DNA of 64,000 bases from Erysipelotrichales bacterium (lineage in GTDB: Bacteria > Bacillota_I > Bacilli_A > JAJDGJ01). Position numbers and translations under genes: made by a program. The stretch covers positions 4,504 to 68,503 of the forward strand of contig JAVWHL010000001.1 in the NCBI GenBank assembly GCA_036640095.1, written 5' to 3'. Positions 19,051-29,435 of the stretch are shown piece by piece. The stretch's first letter is position 1. Each line of letters starts with the position of its first letter. The notes beneath the pieces are model-generated. The model did not search any database, was not told where the DNA came from, and saw only the letters and a list, made by a program, of their open reading frames with translations.

Positions 19051-20988
19051 TTAGTCATCCTCCTTATATACTTCTTCATATACTTCTTCAATATATGCGA
19101 CTATATCTTTTTCAACTTCGTTTATATTTCCATTTATTTGTGTAGCAGCCATTGAGAAATGACCACCACCTCCATAATGTTCTACTATTCTTTGCACATT
19201 GAAATCTCCATTACTTCGTGCTGATAATCCAATACTTCCATCTTCTAAGTAGCCCATAACAAATGTAGCTACTGTATCTTTAACATCCAGTAATTCTACT
19301 GCCGCTTGTGCTAATAGAGTTCTTGATACTGGTTCATCTGTATATTTTGAGATAGCGATATTATCTTTAATAAACTGTGCATCTGAAACAATAGCAAGTT
19401 TCTTTTGATAAGTATCTCTACTTACTTGTAATATCTCTTTTGCTTGTAGTGGACTAGCTCCATTATCTTTTAAAATTGTTGCAGCTTCAAATGTTCTAAC
19501 TCCTGTTCTTACTGTAAAGAATGATGTATCGACCATCATACCAGCAAGCATCAATGTAGCAACATCACAATCTAGTTTAAACGATTTATTTTGGAATCTA
19601 AGTAATTCTGTTACAAGTTCTACTGTTGAACTAGCATATGGTTCAATGTAAACCAATAATGGATTTTTAATAAAATCTTTTGATTTACGATGATGATCAA
19701 TAACGACCCTTTTTTCAACTGATTCATATACTTCTTGTGATTCAAATATTTCTATATTTGATGTATCTAATACTATTAATAATGTTTCATCATCAATCAT
19801 ATCTAAGATATCATTTGATGGTGCTAACAAGTTAAATTTATTTAATTCTAAAAGTCGATATGCATCAGCAGTACCTTTTTCCATTCGCTCTAAAGTAGAA
19901 CAAATAAAGACTTCTTTATTATTAAGTGAGGCAAACTTTGCCATTCCAAGACATGCACCTATCGCATCATAATCAGCTTCTTGATGAGGCATTAATATAA
20001 CTTTACTAGAATCTTGAATTAATGTCTGTAATGTATTAGCCATCATTCTAACTTTAACTCTATTTCTTTTTTCCATTGCCTCAGAACTGTTTCCATAAAA
20101 TTTGTAGTCTTTATTAATTTGACGTTGTACTAATTGGTCACCGCCACGAGCAAGAGCCATATCTAATGCTTTACCTGCTTCATGTTCCATTTCTACTAAT
20201 GAATCAAATCCATCGGCTGTACCAATTGATAATGTAATTAGGTTTTCATCATCTTTTCCGACATCTTTTACTTTATCTAATAGTTCTATTAATGATTTTA
20301 GTAATTCATTGTAATCTCTATTTTTTACGATTACTATATATGAGTCATTTTTATATCTTCTTAAAATGCAATCATATTGATTAATTGTATCAGTAATTAG
20401 TTGTCTAACTGATTGTACTAAGGGTTGAAAGACACCTTCAGAAAGAGAGGCACTTATATCATCAATACTATCTATTCTAATGAACAAGAAACAATCTTTT
20501 TCCTCATTATATTTTTTCATTGTTGTTACATATTCAGTTACATTTTTAAATAGAAACGTCTCTTCATTTTCTACTATTGTATAGTATTGGTCTCCATAGT
20601 ATAAATATTCATCTCTTAAATCATCAACTAAAAAGCCATCAAAGACATCATTTATTCTACGATTTACATAGCTACCAAAATTATCTGTGAAAAATTCATT
20701 TTCCCAAATAACTTTGTGAGATTCTTTATCGTACATTAAGATACAATACTCATCCATATTAACTGCTTGATTAACTGAATTTGGAAGGAGATTTCTACTT
20801 TTTTTAATTTCTCCTTGAAGTGTTCTACTTTGTTTAATTATATAAGATAGTGAAAGTCCATTTATAATTACTAACATAACTATGAAGATAAAATTAGACA
20901 ATCCAAAAAATAATAGGATGCCTAAAATAACATTTATTATCAAGATTGCTATTAGTGTACTCTCTAAATCTTTAATCTTTTGAAACAT
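19051..20988 (-). CDS. gdpP: Cyclic-di-AMP phosphodiesterase GdpP (membrane-anchored, degenerate GGDEF, DHH/DHHA1)
   Basis: Two N-terminal TMs, DHH motif (VIDHHR), DHHA1 motif GGGH, and conserved gdpP-rplI-dnaB synteny. Confidence 0.85.
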   Translation of the reverse strand: MFQKIKDLESTLIAILIINVILGILLFFGLSNFIFIVMLVIINGLSLSYIIKQSRTLQGEIKKSRNLLPNSVNQAVNMDEYCILMYDKESHKVIWENEFFTDNFGSYVNRRINDVFDGFLVDDLRDEYLYYGDQYYTIVENEETFLFKNVTEYVTTMKKYNEEKDCFLFIRIDSIDDISASLSEGVFQPLVQSVRQLITDTINQYDCILRRYKNDSYIVIVKNRDYNELLKSLIELLDKVKDVGKDDENLITLSIGTADGFDSLVEMEHEAGKALDMALARGGDQLVQRQINKDYKFYGNSSEAMEKRNRVKVRMMANTLQTLIQDSSKVILMPHQEADYDAIGACLGMAKFASLNNKEVFICSTLERMEKGTADAYRLLELNKFNLLAPSNDILDMIDDETLLIVLDTSNIEIFESQEVYESVEKRVVIDHHRKSKDFIKNPLLVYIEPYASSTVELVTELLRFQNKSFKLDCDVATLMLAGMMVDTSFFTVRTGVRTFEAATILKDNGASPLQAKEILQVSRDTYQKKLAIVSDAQFIKDNIAISKYTDEPVSRTLLAQAAVELLDVKDTVATFVMGYLEDGSIGLSARSNGDFNVQRIVEHYGGGGHFSMAATQINGNINEVEKDIVAYIEEVYEEVYKEDD

Positions 20989-21040
20989 ATTATCACCTCA
21001 TTTAATTATAGTATAAATTGAAGGAAAATTAAAGTGTAAT

Positions 21041-21067
21041 AAAAAAAGACTTTCAATTGAAAGTCTT
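21041..21067 (-). terminator. Intrinsic terminator after rpsR
   Basis: Minus strand reads AAGACTTTC-AATT-GAAAGTCTT followed by T7. Confidence 0.75.
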
Positions 21068-21072
21068 AGATA

Positions 21073-21300
21073 TTATTCACTTACATATGGTAATAAAGCC
21101 ATTTGGCGTGATCTTTTAATTGCAGTTGCAAGTTGTCTTTGATACTTAGCACAAGTACCAGTAACACGTCTTGGTAAAATTTTACCTCTTTCAGAGATAA
21201 ATCTTTTTAAAAGTTCAGTGTCTTTATAATCGATATGTTGAATGTTATTTTTTGTAAAGTAACATACTTTTCTTCTTCCACCACGTCTTTTATAGTTCAT
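21073..21300 (-). CDS. rpsR: 30S ribosomal protein S18
   Basis: 75 aa. C.F.....IDYKD...L..FI...GKILPRR.TG motif. Confidence 0.95.
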   Translation of the reverse strand: MNYKRRGGRRKVCYFTKNNIQHIDYKDTELLKRFISERGKILPRRVTGTCAKYQRQLATAIKRSRQMALLPYVSE

Positions 21301-21320
21301 ATTAATACACTCCTTTCACT

Positions 21321-21803
21321 CTAGAATGGTAATTCATCATCAGATATATCTAAACCACTTAGTATATTGTCAGATGAAGTATTTTGGTTAAAATCAGCAA
21401 AGAAATCATCGCTTGCTGGTTTATTTTGATTATTGTTGCTTGGTTGTTGTGGTTGACTATAGTTTTGTTGAGTAGCATTACTTGCACCTTTTGATTCAAG
21501 GAATTGAACATTCTCAGCAAATACTTCAGTCACATATACACGACGTCCATTAGCATCTTCGTAGTTTCGTGTTTGAATACGTCCATCAACACCTACTAAA
21601 GAGCCTTTACCAACATATGTTGCCATATTATCAGCAGTTCTCCCCCATGCTACACAGTTAATGAAGTCAGCTTCACGTTCACCATTAGCATTAGTAAAAG
21701 TACGGTTGATAGCGATTGTAAAGTTCACAACACTACTACCACTATTTGTTTTTTTCAATTCAGGATCCTTTGTTAGTCTTCCAACTAATATTGCTTTATT
21801 CAT
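21321..21803 (-). CDS. ssb: Single-stranded DNA-binding protein
   Basis: OB-fold N-terminus (MNKAILVGRLTKDPEL), Q/N-rich tail and an acidic DDELPF C-terminus. Confidence 0.95.
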   Translation of the reverse strand: MNKAILVGRLTKDPELKKTNSGSSVVNFTIAINRTFTNANGEREADFINCVAWGRTADNMATYVGKGSLVGVDGRIQTRNYEDANGRRVYVTEVFAENVQFLESKGASNATQQNYSQPQQPSNNNQNKPASDDFFADFNQNTSSDNILSGLDISDDELPF

Positions 21804-21821
21804 ATTATAAAACCTCCTAAA

Positions 21822-22109
21822 TTATACTTCTTCTGCAACTACCATGTGTCTGATAATATTACCATCAATTAATGAAAGTCTTTCAAATTCAGCAATTGCA
21901 TCATTGTTTGCTTCAACTTGTAAAATCATATAGTGACCTTTGTTCACTTTATTAATTTCATAAGCTAAGTCTCTTAAACCCCAGTCTTTTGTTTCAAGAA
22001 CTTTAGATCCGTTGTCAGTTAAAATTTTATTATATTTATCAACAACTTCTCCTCTGTTTGAATCATCTAGACTAGGATGAATGATATACATAATCTCATA
22101 TTTACGCAT
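21822..22109 (-). CDS. rpsF: 30S ribosomal protein S6
   Basis: MRKYEIMYIIHP.. N-terminus. I moved the start to the ATG at 22109 after GGAGGTG, because the GTG used by the ORF track lies inside the RBS. Confidence 0.9.
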   Translation of the reverse strand: MRKYEIMYIIHPSLDDSNRGEVVDKYNKILTDNGSKVLETKDWGLRDLAYEINKVNKGHYMILQVEANNDAIAEFERLSLIDGNIIRHMVVAEEV

Positions 22110-22219
22110 CCTAGGCACCTCCTTCTTGGTCTAATGGCCCAATTATTTTTCAAATCGAGCGAAGGCGAAATATATTCGCTTGTTCATTATATCATAACCA
22201 CACTTAAAAGTCACATGTT

Positions 22220-23128
22220 TTATTGTCTTTTTGAACTCTCTCCAACAAGGACAAATTCTTGTGCTAAAACTCTTATTCTTTCAACAATACGCTTAGCTTT
22301 AGTTGGCTCAGATAACTTAGATGTTTCTTTGTAATGTTCTTCCAACTCACTAATAAGATAATTAGAAGTAAAATGAGTTAACTTATTATTTTTCATACGA
22401 TAATCTAATAATGGAAATAATATCTCATCTCTATTTATTGTATCAACTCTTTCAGAACCAATATCATCAATAATTAAAATATCAACATTTTTTAAACGAT
22501 TCATAATACGATTGAATGTTTGTTTATCATCTTTATCATTACTAAAGTAATTATTTCTAAGCTCATTAAACAAGTCATTTAATAAAATGTATGCAACACG
22601 ATAGCCCTTATCTAAATAAGAATTTAATAAGGTTTCTATTACAAATGTTTTTCCAACACCAGGTGCTCCACTTAAAAATAAACCTTTATCACATTCTCCA
22701 TCCAGAAGTTGTCCAAGATGTTTTATCATCTCGACTCTATCTTGTGAAATAGTAATTTGATCAATTGTTGGTAGTGCTTTTGAAAAATTAAATGTAGAAT
22801 ATACTAAATTAGAAAACTTAGCTTCAACTTCTTCTTTTTTTTGTAGATATTCACATTTTCTTTGAACATAGTCAAAATCACTAAACCATAAATAATGACC
22901 TCTGACCTTTTGTTTACAATATGAAAGACCATAGCATCCTTCACACTTACGTTTTGATTCAACTACATCTAGAACAGGAATTAAATCTATTTTCTTATTC
23001 TCTTCTTTTAATTCTTGGTATGTTTTTATAAAGAATTTATCATTACGGTATTTATCTAAAATTGATTTTGTGATTTTATCTAAATCAATATTAGTATCAA
23101 GTTCAACATTAACTCTTTTCATCTTCAT
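22220..23128 (-). CDS. dnaI: Primosomal helicase loader DnaI (AAA+)
   Basis: N-terminal Cys-rich region (C.GC.....C), Walker A GAPGVGKT and Walker B LIIDDIG. Confidence 0.85.
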   Translation of the reverse strand: MKMKRVNVELDTNIDLDKITKSILDKYRNDKFFIKTYQELKEENKKIDLIPVLDVVESKRKCEGCYGLSYCKQKVRGHYLWFSDFDYVQRKCEYLQKKEEVEAKFSNLVYSTFNFSKALPTIDQITISQDRVEMIKHLGQLLDGECDKGLFLSGAPGVGKTFVIETLLNSYLDKGYRVAYILLNDLFNELRNNYFSNDKDDKQTFNRIMNRLKNVDILIIDDIGSERVDTINRDEILFPLLDYRMKNNKLTHFTSNYLISELEEHYKETSKLSEPTKAKRIVERIRVLAQEFVLVGESSKRQ

Positions 23129-23132
23129 TCAC

Positions 23133-24365
23133 CTACGTTCTTTTTAAAATTTCTCTTAATTCTAATGCTACCTCTTCATCTACAGGTTCTTCTTTTTCTT
23201 GATACCAAGTATCTGTAGTACCAATTGTAGTTTTATTATTATATTGTTTTTTCTTTGGTTTAGTACTACTACTTTGTATTGCTTTGACTTTAGCTTGGGC
23301 TTGTTCAACAGTATTAATATTTTCTTGTTGCCACGATTTAGCAATTGCCTTTACATAATTAATATTTATATTACCATTTTGTTTTATCACAAAATCTAAT
23401 AAAACATTACATACTCCATAATGCATTTCATAGTCTTTCATAATTTTTTCAATATTCAACAAATCACTATGGTCAATTTTTAAAGCCTTAAACTTATCCT
23501 TTAAGAATTGTGCTACGCTATTTTTTTCAAATATATTAGCTGCATCATTATTTCTAAGATGAACTAATTCTAAGCTTGATTTATATGTATCAATTCTTGT
23601 TTTTAAATCTATATTAGTTATCATTTGATCGACATTTAATTGTTGCCCATCATATGATTCTACAATTAAATCAACTAAATCTAAAGTTGTGATATTATAA
23701 GTCATCATTATCATTTCAATACTATCTTTAATCTTTCTATTGGCTAGTAAATGAGCTAGATTTACATCTCTTAATGCTTCTTTCAATAAAGAGAAATCAT
23801 AATCTCCTTCAATTTTAGCATAGTCATATTGTTTATATTGTTCTTTCGTATTTATACAATTTGGATCATGTTGTAATGAAAAAACATCACTATATTTGTT
23901 TGAAATATTCTCATAACCATCTAAATCTTTTTCAATGTATTGGAACAACAATTTTGTTTTAATATAGTCATCCTTACCTAATGCTTGTTTTAGTTTTGAG
24001 ACAAGTAAAGGATTCTTAAAGAAATATTTAGGTTTATCTGGAGAATAGATAATAAATTGAAAAGATGTCTGGTTATCACTTCTTTTACTAAAACTATTAA
24101 TTAATCCTAAAGCTTCTAATAAAGCAAATGAGTCTTCTATTGATTTTAAGTCCATCTGCATTATTTTTGATAATCTATTTATATAAGAAGGACTTGAATA
24201 TATTCGATCAATTTCAACTTCAGACCAAAGTGTAAAATAAAGAGCCATTGCTTGATGTCCTACTATTGGTTGATATAAAGCTGAAAGTATTTTACGATCA
24301 AAAGAGTGCAATTGACTTCTTGCACTTACAATATATATATCATTTGAATCTAACTTTTTATTCAC
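23133..24365 (-). CDS. Replication initiation / membrane attachment protein (B. subtilis DnaB-type, DnaD-like domains)
   Basis: 410 aa, immediately upstream of dnaI as in Bacillota. The C-terminal region YVKAIAKSWQQENINTVEQA is typical of the DnaB_2/DnaD domain. Confidence 0.7.
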   Translation of the reverse strand: MNKKLDSNDIYIVSARSQLHSFDRKILSALYQPIVGHQAMALYFTLWSEVEIDRIYSSPSYINRLSKIMQMDLKSIEDSFALLEALGLINSFSKRSDNQTSFQFIIYSPDKPKYFFKNPLLVSKLKQALGKDDYIKTKLLFQYIEKDLDGYENISNKYSDVFSLQHDPNCINTKEQYKQYDYAKIEGDYDFSLLKEALRDVNLAHLLANRKIKDSIEMIMMTYNITTLDLVDLIVESYDGQQLNVDQMITNIDLKTRIDTYKSSLELVHLRNNDAANIFEKNSVAQFLKDKFKALKIDHSDLLNIEKIMKDYEMHYGVCNVLLDFVIKQNGNININYVKAIAKSWQQENINTVEQAQAKVKAIQSSSTKPKKKQYNNKTTIGTTDTWYQEKEEPVDEEVALELREILKRT

Positions 24366-24376
24366 AATAACTCCCC

Positions 24377-25045
24377 TTATTTAATCTTAACAAGCTCAAA
24401 ATCCATTCCAAATATTACACTAAAATCATAATCTAATATTTGTTTTTTATCTTTAAAATGTAAAGTTCTAATAACTGGATAAGCACGAAGTTCATATTTT
24501 CCAGCTTTTTTAACATTTAAATCTTTATGTTGTAAAGCAGTAGCATCTTTAATTTTGTCTAATTCTTTAATTATAATATTATCAACAACATCATTTGTTT
24601 TTTTCTTTTTGAATTCATTAAAGTTTTTACCAGATATTTCTTTTAAGATATCTATCTTTTCATTATCTTTTAAATCATATGTATTTAATACACTATAACT
24701 TTCTTTGTCAATAAAATCAGCATATTCTAAGGCATATGCACTATTATTATTTCCATATCCTTCTAATAGTTTAAAACCTTTATAGTTTTTTTCATAAGAT
24801 ATTGATGCTGGATCTTTTATCCCTAATTCGTTTGCGATTGTATTATTATTTTCACTTGTTATCATTTCAATATTTTCTTTTGTTTGAATATTACCTATAT
24901 CTTTTATTGAAGTGAATATAACATTACCATTTTTTGTTTTTTCTATATCTACTTTATTATTAGTTCCAAATGGCATAGTCATACATGCATTTAATACTAA
25001 GACTAATAATAATATTAAACTTATTCTTTTTTTCATCTTATTCAC
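24377..25045 (-). CDS. Hypothetical lipoprotein
   Basis: Signal peptide with a lipobox-like LVLNAC. No recognised domain. Confidence 0.6.
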   Translation of the reverse strand: MNKMKKRISLILLLVLVLNACMTMPFGTNNKVDIEKTKNGNVIFTSIKDIGNIQTKENIEMITSENNNTIANELGIKDPASISYEKNYKGFKLLEGYGNNNSAYALEYADFIDKESYSVLNTYDLKDNEKIDILKEISGKNFNEFKKKKTNDVVDNIIIKELDKIKDATALQHKDLNVKKAGKYELRAYPVIRTLHFKDKKQILDYDFSVIFGMDFELVKIK

Positions 25046-25694
25046 CCACTCTTACATATCTAAAAGATAAATCATCAAAAACATAATATGTTTTTATTTT
25101 TCTATCTTGTTCAACATCATTTTTAACTAAGTTTAAATCTAATACTAATTGATAGTTGCCTTTAGGTATTGTTTTATCTAATAAGACAATATCTTGATTC
25201 TCTTGTACTAATTGTTCTTGTTCACCTTTAAGTAATTTAGTATTCTTATCTTTTAGATAGAACTTAAGGCTTTCAATTAGTTTTTTATCTAATGGACTTT
25301 TTTCTTTTTTATCTTCTAAAATTTCTAAAACTGTTTTATAAGATAATTGATAAGAACTATTATTTCTTTTTCCATCATGTTTAATATTATAATCACTTAA
25401 TACTAAGTAGTTATTTATATTAACTGATTCCATTTTTACACAATTACTTTTTTCAAATTGATTTGTATCTTTTTTTGTTTTAACAAGTTTTTTTACATCA
25501 ATTTCTTTATCATAAATTAATGATTTGTCTGGTTCACTCACTTTAGAGCGTGATGTACAATCCATCTTATATGCTGGCTTGTAAAGTCCCATAGACCCAT
25601 CTGGTTGTGTAAAGTAGGTATATGCATAATAACTTCCACCTAAAACTAATAATATAATTATATATTTAGAATATTTTTTTATTTTTTCTTTCAA
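25038..25694 (-). CDS. Hypothetical membrane-anchored/secreted protein
   Basis: N-terminal TM (YIIILLVLGGSYYAY). Its C-terminus loosely resembles that of 24377..25045 (KGNYQL / AGKYEL). It overlaps the next gene by 8 nt. Confidence 0.55.
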   Translation of the reverse strand: MKEKIKKYSKYIIILLVLGGSYYAYTYFTQPDGSMGLYKPAYKMDCTSRSKVSEPDKSLIYDKEIDVKKLVKTKKDTNQFEKSNCVKMESVNINNYLVLSDYNIKHDGKRNNSSYQLSYKTVLEILEDKKEKSPLDKKLIESLKFYLKDKNTKLLKGEQEQLVQENQDIVLLDKTIPKGNYQLVLDLNLVKNDVEQDRKIKTYYVFDDLSFRYVRVGE

Positions 25695-25810
25695 AATTAA
25701 TCATTCCTTCTATTTGTCATTTCTAAAATTATATCATAACTAAAGTTTATTTAATATATCTAACTAGTGAATAACGCTAAATAAAAAGAGAAAAAACTAA
25801 AGAATATTCT

Positions 25811-26443
25811 TTAGTTTAAAACATAATATATTTGTTTGTAAATAGGTACATTAGTATTAGTCCATATACTTTCAAATTCTTTTATTGGATATTTATTATT
25901 ATATTTACCACTTGTTTGATTCATTAATGAATCAGCAAGGAATATATTTTTATCACTATAGCCTATTACATTTACATAATGTAGTCCAACTTTAGGATCA
26001 TTTATTAAGACAATGACTGGTTTATTTTTTGCAACATGCATTTTTAATTGTTCAATACTACCTTTATACATTGTTATATTATAATTATTATCTTTAAAAT
26101 ATTTTACGATTGCTTGAGGCATTACATATCCACTTGTAAATTTATAATTTAAATCATTATATACTTCATCACCTTTTATTTTATGACCATTCATTCTTAA
26201 AAGGTAAGCAGAAGAATATCCTGCGCATTGATTTAAGCCTTGTTTATCAAATGTTGTATTATTCTTAACTAGAAATTTTTGTGGGTATTTATCATTTATT
26301 TTATCTTTTTTAGGTAATCTTTGTGCATATAAATCAAATATAGTTAATCCATAGTTCTTATAACTTAAGTACGCTTGTCCTGCAATATTTAGAACCACAA
26401 ATATTATTAACAATGAAAAAATGACTTTTTTTAGCTTTTTCAT
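25811..26443 (-). CDS. Secreted papain-fold cysteine peptidase, C39-like (Peptidase_C39_2-type)
   Basis: Signal/TM segment, then NQCAGYSSAY (Gln-Cys nucleophile context) and LHYVNVIGYSD (His) followed by ADS. Confidence 0.55.
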   Translation of the reverse strand: MKKLKKVIFSLLIIFVVLNIAGQAYLSYKNYGLTIFDLYAQRLPKKDKINDKYPQKFLVKNNTTFDKQGLNQCAGYSSAYLLRMNGHKIKGDEVYNDLNYKFTSGYVMPQAIVKYFKDNNYNITMYKGSIEQLKMHVAKNKPVIVLINDPKVGLHYVNVIGYSDKNIFLADSLMNQTSGKYNNKYPIKEFESIWTNTNVPIYKQIYYVLN

Positions 26444-26444
26444 A

Positions 26445-27086
26445 TTATATACCTAGTACTGTATACATAATAGCTTGTACATACATATTTATTTCATCTT
26501 GGCATATTTTCGATATTTGTTTGTATTGCATTACCATATCTCTAGCTAGTGTATATGTCTGATAGTTTAGTGTTGGGGAATACTTAATATCGTATTCTAA
26601 TAGCTGTGCTACTTTTTTCATTGTTGTTGGCTTAATAAAAACCTCGGCTTTAGGATTAAAGAAAGATAAAAAGAAAGTAATAATTGGCCATTTAGCAACG
26701 TTTGTTTTTGAATCAGCTTTCTTTAATGAAAGAACTCTAACAAAATTATTAAATGAATCTTCATTAAGTTCATTTAACATTTCATAAAGAGAAGTTAGAA
26801 AATCTTCTTGAAGCTTTTTATCTGCAATATAATTTTTAAATGCTACTTTTTCAAAGACTGATACCATCGAGCAAGACGTTAGTAATTTTGTTATAAATTG
26901 GATATTATCAGCGACCGTTGGTGGATATTGTTCCATCAATCTTTCGATATCAAATGCCTCAACTTTTTTTAAGATTCGATTATTAACTTTATGTCTTTTA
27001 GATGCTTCTATAAAAGATATATCTTGTAATCCATCTGGATATAATTTTAAGAACATTTCATCTATTAAATATATATTATTATTCAT
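26445..27086 (-). CDS. Hypothetical protein
   Basis: 213-aa ORF, 15 nt downstream of thrC-thrB on the same strand. No family recognised. Confidence 0.55.
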   Translation of the reverse strand: MNNNIYLIDEMFLKLYPDGLQDISFIEASKRHKVNNRILKKVEAFDIERLMEQYPPTVADNIQFITKLLTSCSMVSVFEKVAFKNYIADKKLQEDFLTSLYEMLNELNEDSFNNFVRVLSLKKADSKTNVAKWPIITFFLSFFNPKAEVFIKPTTMKKVAQLLEYDIKYSPTLNYQTYTLARDMVMQYKQISKICQDEINMYVQAIMYTVLGI

Positions 27087-27101
27087 AAGTTCACCTCATT
27101 A

Positions 27102-29423
27102 TTAATAATATTCTACCATAACTCCACTATAATCAACACTCAATTTTCTAAAGTCTAGTCCCTCAAATGATTTTATATACTCATTTATTTGAGTTTCTTT
27201 ATTTGCTTCTGCAAGAAACATCATTGTTGTCCCTGCACCACTTACCCAATGTGTTACAAATTTATTACTTGCAATAATATTTCTTATTTGATTAATATTA
27301 CAAATTAAATTCATTCGATACTCTTGGTGTATTTGATCTTGTGAGACAATTGGTAAATAGTTAATTATACCCTTTTCAAAGGCATTTAAACATATACTAG
27401 CACGAGCTATATTATGGATAGCTTGAGCGTATGTTAATTCAGTTGGTAAAGCTGCACGAGCTTTTGATGTTGATAGTTCTTCTAGACCAATTAAAGCATA
27501 GAAAGATAGGCTTGGTGCAACTTCAATACGGTGATAGTAAATATCATTATCATCTAATACAGCTGAAACCATTCCGCCAAGTGCTGCAGGTGCAGTATTG
27601 TCTGGATGCCCTTCTACTAAGCATGCTTCATATGCAATTTGTTGGGGGCTTAAATTAAGTTGTCCATATATATTAGCTGCAACAATTCCTGCTAGAATAC
27701 ATGTTGAACTTGAACCTAGACCTCTTGCAATAGGGATATTAGTTTCTATTTTAAGATTAAATGGTCCATCTACTTCTTTATTATACTTTTTCATAACTCT
27801 TAGATATGATTGGTAAACCATATTATCTTTATTATCATATTTTTCATTACCTGAATCGATAGAAAACCCATCTTCAAAACTAAAAGTAAAGTAATTATAT
27901 AAATCTAGTGCAATTCCAGTTACATCAAATCCTGATCCGATATTTGCAGTTGTTGCTGGCACCCTAACTCTAAATGATCTATGAACTTCACCATCTAATT
28001 TAGATAGTAAGTAAGGTGCTACATCATTTACATTTAATACTGTTTTAAATCTAATTGGTAATTCTTTTAATTCTTTTAATTTATTAGGTATATCTTCATT
28101 CATTACTTTAGAGATATCTTTAAAATTACTACTTTCTAAATTTAAGGCATGCATAATTGTATCACTAAACTTAAATGGTGATGCAGTAGCAACGACTAAT
28201 GAATAATTTGAAGTTTTATTTAACCCTTTATATGCTAAAGCAGTATGTGGGTCTATTACATAGTTATTATTATCATATTCTTCTTTAATAATCTTATAAA
28301 CATCCTCATCATTTCCATATTCACATACAAATTCTTTTTGTAATTCTTCTAATTGTTGTTTATTTAATTTAAACACTTTTTCATTTGTTAGATTATTCAT
28401 CATTTCTTGATTAAATTGAGGACCAAATTTCATAGCGATTAATCTTTCTAGATTCGAAGAAATTAAGATATCCATTGATGGTGCAACACTCTTATTTAGT
28501 TCTCTATTATTAATATTATAAACACCTGTATTTAGAAAGTCGTGTAGAACATTATTTGCATTGCTACAACAAACTAATTTATCAACTTTAACTCCCATTA
28601 ATTTTGCAATATAAGCAGCTAAAATATTTCCGAAATTTCCTGTAGGTACAGCGATATCTATCAGCTCATTTTCTTTGATTTTCTTGTTATTTATTAGTTG
28701 TAAATATGCATAGATATAGTAAATTACTTGGGGTAATAATCGGGCAATATTTATTGAATTTGCACTCATTAAATGATAACCTAATTTTTCAAATGTAGCT
28801 AAATTTTCTTTATCATTTAAAAGTTTTTTTACATAAGTTTGGGCATCATCAAAGTTACCATTAATCGCAATGACTTCTACATTATTTCCTTGTTGTTTTA
28901 CCATCTGCTCATACTGTATTTGGCTTACTCCATTATTTGGATATAAGACTGCTATTTTTATTCCTTCTAAGTCTTTTAAGGCCTCTAATGCTGCTTTTCC
29001 AGTATCTCCAGATGTAGCACTAATAATATATACATCTTCTTCAATACCTTCCTTTTTAGCGGCTAATTCCACTAAATAAGGATATAAAGCTAATGCCATA
29101 TCTTTAAAAGCAGCACTTTGTCCATGAAATAATTCTAAATAACCATAATTATCAAACAACTTTAAATCTAAAATCTTTTTTTCAAAGTTTTCATTACTAT
29201 ATGCTTTGTAAACAGCATCTTTTAAATTATCTTCACCTAATTCTTTAAAGTATATTTTCAATACCTCAAAAGCTACTTCTTGATAAGAATAATCTTTCAT
29301 ACTTATTATATCAATTGGTTTTATTTCACTAGGAATATATAATCCTTTTAAACTATCAAAAGGATTTAATATAGCCTGTGAAGCTGATACTTCTTTATTA
29401 TCTCTACTACCTAAATAAACCAT
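27102..29423 (-). CDS. Fused threonine synthase (E. coli-type, N-terminal ~480 aa) / homoserine kinase (C-terminal ~290 aa)
   Basis: - N-terminal part has ThrC motifs (HGQSAAFKDMAL PLP-lysine context, SATSGDTGKAA).
- C-terminal part starts at FRVRVPATTANIGSGFD (GHMP kinase/ThrB motif) and has GLGSSS.
- It is one uninterrupted frame.
- I moved the start to the ATG at 29423 after AAGGAG. Confidence 0.85.
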   Translation of the reverse strand: MVYLGSRDNKEVSASQAILNPFDSLKGLYIPSEIKPIDIISMKDYSYQEVAFEVLKIYFKELGEDNLKDAVYKAYSNENFEKKILDLKLFDNYGYLELFHGQSAAFKDMALALYPYLVELAAKKEGIEEDVYIISATSGDTGKAALEALKDLEGIKIAVLYPNNGVSQIQYEQMVKQQGNNVEVIAINGNFDDAQTYVKKLLNDKENLATFEKLGYHLMSANSINIARLLPQVIYYIYAYLQLINNKKIKENELIDIAVPTGNFGNILAAYIAKLMGVKVDKLVCCSNANNVLHDFLNTGVYNINNRELNKSVAPSMDILISSNLERLIAMKFGPQFNQEMMNNLTNEKVFKLNKQQLEELQKEFVCEYGNDEDVYKIIKEEYDNNNYVIDPHTALAYKGLNKTSNYSLVVATASPFKFSDTIMHALNLESSNFKDISKVMNEDIPNKLKELKELPIRFKTVLNVNDVAPYLLSKLDGEVHRSFRVRVPATTANIGSGFDVTGIALDLYNYFTFSFEDGFSIDSGNEKYDNKDNMVYQSYLRVMKKYNKEVDGPFNLKIETNIPIARGLGSSSTCILAGIVAANIYGQLNLSPQQIAYEACLVEGHPDNTAPAALGGMVSAVLDDNDIYYHRIEVAPSLSFYALIGLEELSTSKARAALPTELTYAQAIHNIARASICLNAFEKGIINYLPIVSQDQIHQEYRMNLICNINQIRNIIASNKFVTHWVSGAGTTMMFLAEANKETQINEYIKSFEGLDFRKLSVDYSGVMVEYY

Positions 29424-29435
29424 ACCTCTCACTCC

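Noticed and set aside
22110-22219. S6:S18-binding autoregulatory leader upstream of rpsF (hairpin AGCGAA...TTCGCT after an extended -10 TGATATAAT)
   Set aside because: The location is plausible, but I cannot verify the conserved motif of that RNA family from memory. It needs a covariance-model scan.
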